A stretch of DNA of 64,000 nucleotides. It comes from Acidobacteriota bacterium (lineage in GTDB: Bacteria > Acidobacteriota > Vicinamibacteria > Vicinamibacterales > JAFNAJ01). The notes under the pieces are model-generated. The model was not told the origin of the DNA, made no database searches, and saw nothing but the letters and a program-made list of their open reading frames with translations. Location of the stretch: NCBI GenBank assembly GCA_023384575.1, contig JAHDVP010000005.1, positions 66,531-130,530 of the forward strand, read 5' to 3'. Each line of letters starts with the position of its first letter. Position 1 is the first letter of the stretch. Of this stretch, positions 38,001 to 47,200 are shown piece after piece. The position numbers and the translations under genes were made by a program.

Positions 38001-39132
38001 CGAGGCCCAGCCCGAGCAGCGCGGTCAGCAGGAAGTCGAGCGGCGAGCGATGCAGGCTCACGAACAGCGGCGAGTCGTACGCCGCGGGTGCGAAGAGCTC
38101 CGGGCGGGCCCACTGAGGCGGCAGCGCCCACCAGAGGAGCAGGCGCGCACCTATCAGGATGCCCGAGAGCGCGGCGGCGTGCCGGAGGTACTGGGCTACG
38201 CGCTGGCTCCGGCGCAGGCCGTTCCAGACCGGGGCGGCCAGCGCCAGCCAACTGAGCGCGAGCAACCCGAGCACCGCGCCAGCCCACGTCCGGCGCCACG
38301 TGTACCGCGTGGCCGCGAGGTCACCCTCGACGAGTTCGGCTTCGACGATGGGCTCACCCGACGGCGAGGTGACCAGCCAGCGGCGTCCCGACGGGTCGGG
38401 GCCGCCGCCGGCGAACCGGGGCCGCAGGATCACGGCAGACAACGTCGTCGACACGCGGTAGTCGCCCTGCAGCGGGGGCTCGAGGCCTTCGTTCGGCGAC
38501 AGGACACGCTCGGCCGCAATCGCGCCCAGGCGGCGCGGAACGGCGCCGGCGGGATCGACGATGATGGGCTCGATCCAGACCAGGCGGAGCCCCAGCGCGC
38601 CGGGAGCCACGAAGAGCGCGGCCGGGCCCGCGAGTCGCGACGAGGGTAGCGGCGACGCGCGTCCGCTCCAGGCAATCGGAACGCCGTCGGCGCCGTAGAC
38701 GGTGAGCGCCCCGTCGACAAGGACGCGCTCGTCCCGGATGCGGTCGAGCAGGGCGAAGACGGCCTGCGCATCGGCGGGCCGCGCGGCGAGCGCGTCGGTG
38801 AGGTCGCGCCGCCCGCTGAGGGCCAACGCCCCTTTCCGCAGCGCGCGCGCCCGCTGGTCCACCTCGCTCTTCACGGCGCTCCGGACCCGGGCGACGGCCG
38901 TCGCCTCGTCCGGGCCGAACCACCAACGCTCCGCGATGAGGCCGGTGCCAGCGACGAGCAGGGACACGAAGGCCGAGCCCGCGGCCAGCCAGCGCCATGA
39001 CGCGCCACGACCGGCGGTCGGAGAAGGGGTCACCGTGGTGGCACGGAGACGAGATCGACGAGAACCCAAAGCGCGCGGTGGCCGTGCATCGACGTGTGGC
39101 CAGTGTACCCGAGACCGCAGGTGATGCGGCAC
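35065..39132 (-). CDS. very large membrane sensor histidine kinase (HAMP plus NtrY-type HisKA plus HATPase)
   Basis: C-terminus has HAMP (PVRRLTRASQRIAAGNLDTRV), H-box VAHDIKNPLTPIQLSAEHL, N-box NVLENALHAM, G-boxes DSGVGM and GTGLGL. About 1000 aa upstream carry many TM segments and two large extracytoplasmic regions. The start (GTG 39132) is uncertain. Confidence 0.85.
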   Translation of the reverse strand: MPHHLRSRVHWPHVDARPPRALGSRRSRLRATTVTPSPTAGRGASWRWLAAGSAFVSLLVAGTGLIAERWWFGPDEATAVARVRSAVKSEVDQRARALRKGALALSGRRDLTDALAARPADAQAVFALLDRIRDERVLVDGALTVYGADGVPIAWSGRASPLPSSRLAGPAALFVAPGALGLRLVWIEPIIVDPAGAVPRRLGAIAAERVLSPNEGLEPPLQGDYRVSTTLSAVILRPRFAGGGPDPSGRRWLVTSPSGEPIVEAELVEGDLAATRYTWRRTWAGAVLGLLALSWLALAAPVWNGLRRSQRVAQYLRHAAALSGILIGARLLLWWALPPQWARPELFAPAAYDSPLFVSLHRSPLDFLLTALLGLGLVVLAADAVNRATTAGRAGRRDPDASRGGLMEFVAWQVSAGFAALMLVLAFEALLGATTFHIAVDPLHLSLSPWDWDRLMLLAGLLLLHAAAFWAVVLVFLSVQISWRVRRASVRPRLATFAGWLGPSLVVAVSGQPVDWQMPWLPLLVLVVVAAAAAWRGLRRVGWFRHGSQLLRLGALAAAIIGPSLLLYPSLVHFAEVTREREVEGEYSRQVVTHPQELQSRLDEVLVEIDRLGTLAAVMESLEALPDGTPRTEAAFALWRQTALARARLTSAIELYVADGRLASRFALSFPEYASRTQRYQTASCQWEVFGEAAPFGAEERRMLHAERGVCDREGRSVGAIVVHVMLDYSALSFISSQSPSSMVVFNPGERSAPPPARDLELVVYGWGRTPIYTSSGRAWPLDEATFSTIYASRTPFWTRIERGGRTYRVYFANDRAGIYAVGYPVLGAFDHLIRLAEVATLAALVCLGLMAGATLVRRLGWPSASTGRTLVREFRRSFYRKLALAFVLAAVVPVLILAFSIRVFVAARLRADVDAQAARTASVAQRVIEESLVVTRAGEVSIGTLDDDLMVWISRVIDQEVNVFSGPDLVATSERDLVASGLLPVRAPDGAYRAVALERLPIYVGEDEIGGLRYLMAAAPVSANGRHTFLTVPMALRQREIEREIDELDQGVHLGAVVFILLGAAVGFWMAERISDPVRRLTRASQRIAAGNLDTRVFVRSADELKSLVEAFNRMAMELQRQRSQLERTNRLEAWAEMARQVAHDIKNPLTPIQLSAEHLRRVHRDRGLPLSPVLETCIDTILKQVRLLRQIAGEFSSFASTPSPRPVPTHPGALVREVVDAYAVGLAEWVALEVVVAPDLPEIVVDRTLIGRALTNVLENALHAMPGGGRLRVEALRRDEWIVVEVVDSGVGMDAEAVERIFEPYFSTKAIGTGLGLTIAKRNVELHGGTVEVSSALGAGTTVRLSLPVGQSR

Positions 39133-39221
39133 GGTCGGCGAGGCGGCCTGGCCGGCCGCACCAGCGCCTCAGGGTATACTGCCAACGATCTGACGGCGGT
39201 GTCCTGTGGATCGGGGCGACG

Positions 39222-40220
39222 ATGCGCGATTGGACCAGCCTCAAGGCCACGTTGAAGCGCGGCGCGCTCGTGACGGCCGCCAACTGGCCGGTCGTGGTGG
39301 TGCAGTTCGTCGCCGAGTCGACCTTCAAGGTGCTTCTCGGCGTCCCGGTCGTCGGTGGCGCCCTGCTCGTGGCCCTCGCCCTGGGCCGCGACCTCCAGGA
39401 GATGCTCGGGGGCGACCTGCGCGACGTGCTGGTCTCCATCAGCGACGCGCTGACGGGCCAGCCGTGGGCCCTCGCGAGTTTCGTCGCCTCCGGCGTCATT
39501 GTCGCCATCGGCGGCGCCACCATCATGTTCTACCTCAAAGGAGGGACCGTCTCGGTGCTCGCGCGCGGCGAGGCCCAGGCGGGCCCCGTCGAGCAACCGC
39601 CCGTCCGCCTGTCGGTCGTGCGTGGCGCCACCGCATTCTCCGTGCCGGCATTCCTCGACGGAAGCCGCCGCTTCTTCCGGCGGTACCTGCGCCTCGGGTT
39701 CTTCCTCTTCGGCGTCTACGGGTTGTCGGGTGGCCTGTACCTCACGGTCGTGCTGACCGGATATCGGCTCGTGGAGAACACCGGGGCTGCGGTCGCCTGG
39801 ACGCTGGTGGCCGCGCTGGCGTCGAGTGCGCTGGTGGTGTGGATCGTCCTCGTCAACCTCGTCTACCTGCTCGTCCAGATGACGGTCGTCGTCGACGACT
39901 GCGGCGTGCGGCGGGCAGCCCGGCACGTGCTGGGACTGCTCGGTGCCCGGCCGCGCGAGGTCGGCGGCGTGGTCCTGGTCGTGCTGGGCCTGGTGCTGGC
40001 AGCGACGGTGCTGTCGGTGCTCGCCACGGCGGGCCTCGGACTGATCTCGTTCGTTCCGTTGGTCGGGCTCGCGGTGTTACCGCTCCAGGCCGCCGCCTGG
40101 CTGGTGCGCGGCTTCGTGTTCCAGTACCTCGGCCTGACGGCGCTCGGGGCGTACCTGGCGCTGTACCGGCCGCTCGCACGCCCGTCCACCGAGGCGGCGC
40201 GAATGAGGACGGCATCATGA
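39222..40220 (+). CDS. hypothetical polytopic membrane protein
   Basis: 332 aa from ATG 39222, with about 6 hydrophobic helices. No recognised motif. Divergent from the kinase gene. Confidence 0.55.
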   Translation: MRDWTSLKATLKRGALVTAANWPVVVVQFVAESTFKVLLGVPVVGGALLVALALGRDLQEMLGGDLRDVLVSISDALTGQPWALASFVASGVIVAIGGATIMFYLKGGTVSVLARGEAQAGPVEQPPVRLSVVRGATAFSVPAFLDGSRRFFRRYLRLGFFLFGVYGLSGGLYLTVVLTGYRLVENTGAAVAWTLVAALASSALVVWIVLVNLVYLLVQMTVVVDDCGVRRAARHVLGLLGARPREVGGVVLVVLGLVLAATVLSVLATAGLGLISFVPLVGLAVLPLQAAAWLVRGFVFQYLGLTALGAYLALYRPLARPSTEAARMRTAS

Positions 40221-41470
40221 ACTACGATTCGCTCGTGTCGCGCGCCGGCGTGGCGCTGCAGTCGTCGGCGATCCGTCAGATGGGCACCGTGGCGGCCCAG
40301 CGGCCCGACGTGATTTCCTTCGCTCCAGGCTACCCGTCGCCATCGACGTTCGCCTGGCAGGACTACCGCGAGATCGCGGCCGACGTGCTCTCGTCGGCCG
40401 ATCCGGGAGCCCTTCAGTACGGACCCACCCGGGGGTTCGCCCCGCTGCTCGACGCGATTCTGGGCATCGTCGGTCAGCGTGGCATCCGGGCGACCCGTGA
40501 AGACGTGCTCGTGACGACCGGTTCGCAGCAGGGACTCGACATCGTGGCGAGGGTCTTCCTCGATCCCGGCGACGTCGTCCTCGTCGAGCTGCCCAGCTAC
40601 ACGGGGGCCATCGCGGCGTTCCGCAACGCGCAGGCGCGGCTCGCCGGCGTGCGGCAGGAGGCCGACGGCATCGACCTCGAGCACCTCGACGCCGTGCTCG
40701 CGCGCGAACGGGCCGGCGGTCGCCGCGTCAAGTTCCTGTACCTGGTACCGAACTTCCAGAACCCGACCGGCCTGTTGATCTCGCTCGGTAAGCGGCAACG
40801 CCTGCTGGAGTGGGCGGCCCGTCACGACGTGCTGATCGTCGAAGACGACCCGTACTGCGACCTCTACTTCGAGGACTCCACCGGGCCATCCGACACACGT
40901 CCCATCAAGGCCGACGACGAGCGTGGGCTCGTCGTGTACCTGAGCAGCTTCTCGAAGACGCTCGCGCCCGCGTTCCGCACCTCGTGGATGGTGGCGCCGG
41001 CGGCGCTCGCCTCGCGTTTCGAGACCGCCAAGCAGTCGATCGATCTCTGTACGAGTGGACTGGACCAGCGAATCGCGTACGAGGCGTGTCGGCGCGGGGT
41101 ACTCGACCGCCAGATTCCGCGCCTGCGGCGGTACTACTTCCAGAGCTGCCAGGTGATGGAGAGCGCCCTGCGCGAGCAGTTCGGCGATCGCCTGCGATGG
41201 GCGCGCCCGCGAGGGGGCTTCTTCCTCTGGGCCTCACTGCCCGAGGGCATCGACACGGCCGCCTTGCTGCGCCGTGCGCTCGACCTCGGCGTGATCTACG
41301 TCGCGGGCGGCGCGTTCTTCGTCGACGGGACCGGCTCGCACACCATGCGTCTCTCGTTCTCGTACGTCACCGAGGCCGAGATCGTCGAAGGTGTGGCCCG
41401 CCTCGCGGCGGCCGCCGCCGACGAACCAGCGCTCATGACGCCGGCGGGGACCAGCCGGGCGGGGGCGTGA
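40217..41470 (+). CDS. PLP-dependent aminotransferase, class I/II (2-aminoadipate/MocR-catalytic-domain-like)
   Basis: 417 aa from ATG 40217, in an ATGA overlap. ALQSSAIRQM, QYGPTRGF, and the PLP-lysine region YLSSFSKTLAPAFR. Confidence 0.8.
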   Translation: MNYDSLVSRAGVALQSSAIRQMGTVAAQRPDVISFAPGYPSPSTFAWQDYREIAADVLSSADPGALQYGPTRGFAPLLDAILGIVGQRGIRATREDVLVTTGSQQGLDIVARVFLDPGDVVLVELPSYTGAIAAFRNAQARLAGVRQEADGIDLEHLDAVLARERAGGRRVKFLYLVPNFQNPTGLLISLGKRQRLLEWAARHDVLIVEDDPYCDLYFEDSTGPSDTRPIKADDERGLVVYLSSFSKTLAPAFRTSWMVAPAALASRFETAKQSIDLCTSGLDQRIAYEACRRGVLDRQIPRLRRYYFQSCQVMESALREQFGDRLRWARPRGGFFLWASLPEGIDTAALLRRALDLGVIYVAGGAFFVDGTGSHTMRLSFSYVTEAEIVEGVARLAAAAADEPALMTPAGTSRAGA

Positions 41471-42632
41471 GCGTCACGGGCACGCCCGGAACGACCACGA
41501 GCGGCACGACCGGCGGTTCGATTCTCCGACGGGCGGCCACGAGTCGCCCGTCGGCGAGCAAGACGACGAGGAGGTCGCCCCCGCGGTCGAGCGGCCTCGG
41601 GTGGACGTGGGGCGGCGCGGCGATCTCGGCGGCGGTGCGCAACGGGCCGAGGGGCGCGCCATCGCGCCGGGCGAACCCGTGCACCTCGGGCGTGAGGCCG
41701 GCAACGATCACCGCGTCGCCGGCGATCACCGGACCGCCGAGCGGGCGCGACTTGATGGGCTTGTGCCAGCGCTGCGCGCCGTGCCGCCGGTCGAGAGCCC
41801 GCATGAGGTTGTCGAGCGAGACGAAGTAGACGTGCCGCTCGTCGACGAGCGCCGCGCCGACCACGTCGCCACCCGTGCGCCATCGCCAGGCCATGCGCCC
41901 GTTCGAGGTCTGGAGACAGTAGAAGAACCGGTCGCGCGATCCGGCGTACACCCGCTCGGCGTCCATGTGGAGTCCCGACACCGCGCCGCCGAGCCGCTGC
42001 GCCCACAGGGTGGCGCCGGTGGTCACATCGACGAGCACGACCTGCCCGTCGTCGAAACCGAGCGCCAGGCGGTCACCGTCGACAACCGGCCGCACACCCA
42101 TCCTGGAGTCGAAGTCACGGCGCCACACGAGTGCTCCTGATCGCCCGTTGATGGCGAGCAGATGGCCCTCGGCCGGCACGAACAGCCAGCCGGCGCGCGC
42201 CACCATGGGGGCGGTGGGCGCGGTGCGCAGGGCAACCTCCCACTGGAGCTCGCCGGTGTCGCGGGCGAAGGCCACGAGCGCGTCGCCGGCGTAGGCGTAA
42301 ACGAACTCGTCGTCGGCGGCGGGCGCGATGGTGGCCGCGACGGGCACCCGCCAGCGGAGCTGGCCGGTCTCGAGGTCGACGGCCACCAGCGTCCGATCGC
42401 GCAGGGCGACGAACGCGGACCCGCTGGCGAAGGCAGGGCGGGCGGCCGGCGTCGCGCCGAGACCGGTGTCCCACGCCACGGTGAGCGGGAAGAACGGCAC
42501 GGGGGGCGCGGGTTGAGCGCGGGCCGTCGCCGCCGGAGCGAGCGACCACAGGATCAGGAAGGGAAGGGGCCACCACCGGCTGCGGCGCCGAACCTGCTGG
42601 CTACAATATCTCGTCGTCCGGACGGCGCTCAC
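41433..42632 (-). CDS. PQQ-like beta-propeller repeat protein (BamB-like), exported
   Basis: Repeated A..D...G..LW motifs (VAVDLETGQLRWRV, FARDTGELQWEV, AINGRSGALVWRR, VDVTTGATLWAQ). Signal RRSRWWPLPFLILWSLAPAATARA. GTG 42632 is the first in-frame start not overlapping guaA; the track ORF extending to 44150 is spurious. Confidence 0.6.
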   Translation of the reverse strand: MSAVRTTRYCSQQVRRRSRWWPLPFLILWSLAPAATARAQPAPPVPFFPLTVAWDTGLGATPAARPAFASGSAFVALRDRTLVAVDLETGQLRWRVPVAATIAPAADDEFVYAYAGDALVAFARDTGELQWEVALRTAPTAPMVARAGWLFVPAEGHLLAINGRSGALVWRRDFDSRMGVRPVVDGDRLALGFDDGQVVLVDVTTGATLWAQRLGGAVSGLHMDAERVYAGSRDRFFYCLQTSNGRMAWRWRTGGDVVGAALVDERHVYFVSLDNLMRALDRRHGAQRWHKPIKSRPLGGPVIAGDAVIVAGLTPEVHGFARRDGAPLGPLRTAAEIAAPPHVHPRPLDRGGDLLVVLLADGRLVAARRRIEPPVVPLVVVPGVPVTLTPPPGWSPPAS

Positions 42633-42637
42633 GTCGT

Positions 42638-42643
42638 TATAAT
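42638..42643 (+). promoter_or_regulatory. candidate -10 element for guaA
   Basis: Perfect TATAAT 77 nt upstream of the guaA GTG, in the short divergent spacer. No clear -35 hexamer. Confidence 0.25.
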
Positions 42644-42719
42644 AGCGTGATTCCCCTGGCCTGCCGGCTGGCTCGAGACGGGTCATCCTGCCCGGCGCCG
42701 GGGTGTTCACGAAGAGTCC

Positions 42720-44258
42720 GTGGCCCACCAACTCCTGCTCGTCCTCGACTTCGGCTCCCAGTACACGCAGCTCATCGCGCGGCGCCTCCGCGAACTGTCG
42801 GTCTACTCGGAGATCGTACCCTTCAACCTGTCGCTCGACGAGATTCGGGCGCGTCAGCCGGTGGGGGTGGTGCTCTCTGGCGGGCCGAGGAGCGTTCGCG
42901 ACGCGGGCGCGCCCCGGTGCGATCCCGGCGTGCTCGAGTTGGGCGTGCCGGTGCTCGGCATCTGTTACGGCATGCAGTTGCTGACCGACATGCTCGGCGG
43001 GGACGTTGCGCCGGCGCCGTCGCGGGAGTTCGGCCACGCCCTGGTGTCGCTCCGCGGGTCGCACGCCTTGTTTCGAGGTGTGCCCGGCGAAGTGCGGGTC
43101 TGGGCGAGCCACGGCGACCTCGTGTCCGCGGCGCCGGATGGCTTCGCGGTCACCGCGACGAGCGCGAACGCGCCGGTGGCGGCGATGGCCGACGACGGGG
43201 CGCGCCGCTACGGGCTGCTGTTCCATCCCGAGGTGGCGCATACCGATCATGGCACCGCGGTGCTGCGCAATTTCGCCTTCGACGTCTGCGGCTGCACTGG
43301 CGACTGGACCATGGCGTCGTTTGTCGACGAGGCGGTCGCCGGCATCCGTCAGCAGGTCGGCGATGGCCGGGTGGTGTGCGCGCTGAGCGGCGGCGTCGAC
43401 TCGACGGTGGTGGCGCTGCTCGTGCACCGCGCCGTCGGCGAGCGCCTCACCTGCATCTTCGTCGACAACGGGTTGCTGCGGCTCGACGAGGCCAGCCAGG
43501 TGCGGCGGCGGTTCGGCGAGAAGCTCGCCCTGCCGCTCGAGGTCGTCGACGCCTCGGCGCTCTTCCTGGACCGTCTGCGGGGCGTGGCCGACCCGGAGCA
43601 GAAGCGCAAGATCATCGGGGCCACCTTCATCGACGTGTTCGAGCAGCGCGCCGGTGAGCTGGGGGACTTCGAGTTCCTGGCGCAGGGCACGCTGTACCCG
43701 GACGTGATCGAGAGCGTCTCGGTGCTGGGGCCGTCGGTGACGATCAAGAGCCACCACAACGTCGGGGGCCTGCCCGAGCGCATGCGGTTCAGGCTGGTCG
43801 AGCCGCTGCGGCAGTTGTTCAAGGACGAGGTCCGCGCGCTGGGGCTGACGCTCGGGGCCGACGAGGAGTTCGTGTGGCGGCAGCCGTTCCCGGGGCCCGG
43901 GCTCGCGGTGCGCGTGCTCGGCGAGGTCACCGCCGCGCGCCTCGATCTGGTGCGTCGGGCCGACGCCATCGTGCAGGACGAGATCCGGCGTGCGGGCTGG
44001 TACCGCACCCTGTGGCAGTCGTTCGCCGTGCTGCTGCCCGTGCAGAGCGTCGGCGTGATGGGCGACGAGCGGACGTACGAGTTCACGGCGGTCGTGCGGG
44101 CCGTCGAGAGCCGCGACGGCATGACGGCCGACTGGGCGCGACTGCCGCACGAGTTGCTCGCCACGATCTCGTCGCGCATCGTCAACGAGGTGAAAGGCAT
44201 CAACCGCGTGGCCTACGACATCAGCTCGAAGCCGCCGAGCACGATCGAGTGGGAGTAG
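42720..44258 (+). CDS. guaA: GMP synthase (glutamine-hydrolysing)
   Basis: 512 aa with GTG start. GATase ICYGMQL, ATP-PPase SGGVDS, C-terminus KPPSTIEWE. Confidence 0.97.
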   Translation: MAHQLLLVLDFGSQYTQLIARRLRELSVYSEIVPFNLSLDEIRARQPVGVVLSGGPRSVRDAGAPRCDPGVLELGVPVLGICYGMQLLTDMLGGDVAPAPSREFGHALVSLRGSHALFRGVPGEVRVWASHGDLVSAAPDGFAVTATSANAPVAAMADDGARRYGLLFHPEVAHTDHGTAVLRNFAFDVCGCTGDWTMASFVDEAVAGIRQQVGDGRVVCALSGGVDSTVVALLVHRAVGERLTCIFVDNGLLRLDEASQVRRRFGEKLALPLEVVDASALFLDRLRGVADPEQKRKIIGATFIDVFEQRAGELGDFEFLAQGTLYPDVIESVSVLGPSVTIKSHHNVGGLPERMRFRLVEPLRQLFKDEVRALGLTLGADEEFVWRQPFPGPGLAVRVLGEVTAARLDLVRRADAIVQDEIRRAGWYRTLWQSFAVLLPVQSVGVMGDERTYEFTAVVRAVESRDGMTADWARLPHELLATISSRIVNEVKGINRVAYDISSKPPSTIEWE

Positions 44259-44260
44259 GG

Positions 44261-47200
44261 ATGCCCGAGTTCGTCCACCTGCACCTGCACACGGAGTACT
44301 CGCTGCTCGACGGCGCGTGCCGGGTCGACGAGCTCGTCGGTCAGGCGGCGGCGCTCGGGATGCCGGCGCTCGCCGTGACCGAACACGGCAACCTGTTCTC
44401 GACGGTCGTCTTCTACGACGCGGCGCGGAAGCACGGCGTGAAGCCGATCGTCGGCTGCGAGGTCTACGTCGCGCCCGGGGATCGGCGCACGAAGAGCGGG
44501 ACGCCGGGCGAGACGGCGAGCCACCTCGTGCTCCTCGCGGAGACCAACGAGGGCTACCACAACCTGATCAAGCTCGTGTCGGCCGGGTACACGGAGGGCT
44601 TCTACTACAAGCCGCGCATCGACAAGGATCTGCTCGCCCGGCACGCGGACGGGCTCATCGGCCTCAGCAGCTGCCTCAAGGGCGAGGTGGCGACGGGCCT
44701 GCGCACCGACCAGGCGCGGCGGGCCCTCGACGCGGCCGCCACGTATCGCGACATCCTCGGGCGCGGCAATTTCTTCCTCGAGATGCAGTTCCAGGGCATC
44801 GAGGAGCAGCGCACGGTCAACGCGGGCCTGCTGCCGATCGCGCGCGATCTCGACCTGCCGCTCGTCTGCACGAACGACGTCCACTACCTGCGGTGCGACG
44901 ACGCCAAGCCGCACGACATCCTGCTGTGCATCGGCACGGGCAAGAGCGTCAACGACCGGCAGCGCCTCCGGTACCACGGCGACCAGTTCTACCTGAAGAC
45001 CCCGGCCGAGATGGCCGCGATCTTCGGCGACCATCCCGACGCGCTGGCGAACACCGTGCGCATCGCCGAGCGGTGCAGCGTGACGCTGCCCGAGAAGGAG
45101 TACTTCCTGCCGAACTTCGAGGTGCCCGAGGGCTTCACGCTCGACGGGTACTTCGAGCACGTCGTCCGTCAGGGCTTCGCGGAGCGGCTGCCGCGGCTGC
45201 GCGAGCTCGCCGGACGAGGCCTGCTGAAGGCCCCGCTGGCGGTCTACGAGGATCGGCTCGCGTACGAGATCGCGATGATCCGGCAGATGCAGTACCCCGG
45301 GTACTTTCTGATCGTCTGGGACTTCATCCGCTACGCGCGCGAGCGCGCCATTCCCGTCGGGCCGGGCCGCGGCTCGGCAGCCGGCAGCGTGGTCGCCTGG
45401 TGCCTCAGGATCACCGATGTCGACCCCATCGAGTTCGACCTGATCTTCGAGCGGTTCCTGAACCCGGAACGGGTGTCGCTGCCCGACATCGACATCGACT
45501 TCTGCGAGCGGCGGCGCGGCGAGGTCATCGAGTACGTCACGCGCAAGTACGGCCGGGAGAACGTCGCGCAGATCATCACCTTCGGCACCATGAAGGCCAA
45601 GGCCGTCGTGCGCGACGTCGGCCGGGTGCTCGACCTGTCGTATGCCGAGGTGGACCGCGTCGCCAAGTTGATTCCCTCCACCCTCGACATCCGGCTCGAG
45701 AGGGCGATCGAGGAGAACCCGCAGCTCGCGGAGCTCGAGAAGAAGGACCCACGCGTCAAGGAGTTGCTCGACATCGGCAAGCGCCTCGAGGGCATTTCGC
45801 GGCACGCGTCGGTGCACGCCGCGGGGGTCGTGATCGCGCCACGGGCGATCACGGACTTCGCGCCGCTCTACAAGGACGCCAAGGGGCAGGTCGTCACGCA
45901 GTGGGCCATGAAGGAGATCGAGCGCGTCGGCCTGCTGAAGATGGACTTCCTCGGTCTGAGCACGCTCACGCTCATCTTCGACGCCGTCGAGGAGATCGCC
46001 CGCACGACGGGGGAGCGGCTCGACCTCGAGGCGGTGCCGCTCGACGACCCGAGGACCTACGACCTGTTCTCCGCGGGGCAGACGCTCGGCGTGTTCCAGT
46101 TCGAGAGCTCGGGCATGCGCGAGACCCTGCGCAAGGCGAAGCCGCAGCGCTTCGACGACCTCATCGCGCTCAACGCCCTGTACCGGCCGGGCCCGCTCAA
46201 GGGCGGGGTCGTCGACGACTTCATCGGCCGCCGCCACGGCCGCAAGAAGATCGAGTACGAGCTGCCGCAGCTCGAGCCGATCCTCAACGACACCTACGGC
46301 GTGATCGCCTATCAGGAGCAGGTGATGCGCATCGCGCGCGACCTCGGCGGCTTCACGATGGGCGAGGCCGACATCCTCCGGAAGGCGATGGGCAAGAAGG
46401 ACCCGGAGGTGATGAAGCGCCAGCGCGATCGTTTCGTCGAGGGCGCGGTCTCCGGCGGGGTGGCCGAAGCCAAGGCGACGCGCATCTTCGATCTGATGGA
46501 GTACTTCGCGGGTTACGGCTTCAACAAGTCGCACTCGACGACGTACGCGTACCTGGCGTATCAGACGGGATGGCTGAAGGCCAACTACCCGCGGCACTTC
46601 ATGGCCGCGCTGCTGACGATCGAATCTCAGAACACCGACAAGCTCGCGCTCTACCTCGGCGAGTGCCGCGATCTCGGCGTCGCGGTGCTGCCTCCCGACG
46701 TCAACCGCAGCGGCCTGGGCTTCGTCGTGGAGCCGGAGGGCATCCGGTACGGGCTCGGCGGCGTGAAGAACGTGGGAGAAGGAGCCATCCAGTCGGTCCT
46801 GTGCGCACGCGACGCGCGGGGCGGGCGAATCGACTCGATCTTCGCGCTCTGCGAGGACGTCGACCTCCGGCTCGTCAACAAGCGCGTGCTCGAGAGCCTC
46901 GTCAAGGCCGGCGCGTTCGACGAGGTCGACGGCGGCGATCCCGCCTGGGCGGGCCAGTCGATCGCGCTGCGCCGGGCGCGGCTGCACGCGTCGGTCGACC
47001 GGGCGCTCGAGCACGGCAGCCGCCTGCAGAAGGACCGCGAGCGTGGGCAGTCGCAGCTGTTCGGCGGCGATGTGCTCGGCGGAGATGGACTGAGCGGCCG
47101 CGCCCCGCTCGCCACCGTGGCGGCGTGGTCGGAGACCGAGCAGCTCGTGTTCGAAAAGGAAGCGCTCGGCCTCTACCTGTCGGGCCACCCGCTGTCGAAG

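Noticed and set aside
35971-38649. 892-aa ORF antisense to the sensor kinase gene. The many 100-400 aa ORFs in 36227-39926 belong here too.
   Set aside because: They show the same antisense/off-frame shadow pattern. The kinase frame has clear HAMP/HisKA/HATPase motifs and TM helices, and the others have none.
42633-44150. Upstream 500-aa extension of the BamB-like ORF (track ORF 41433-44150).
   Set aside because: The extension runs antisense through guaA and has a nonsense composition. The signal peptide and propeller repeats begin only after GTG 42632.
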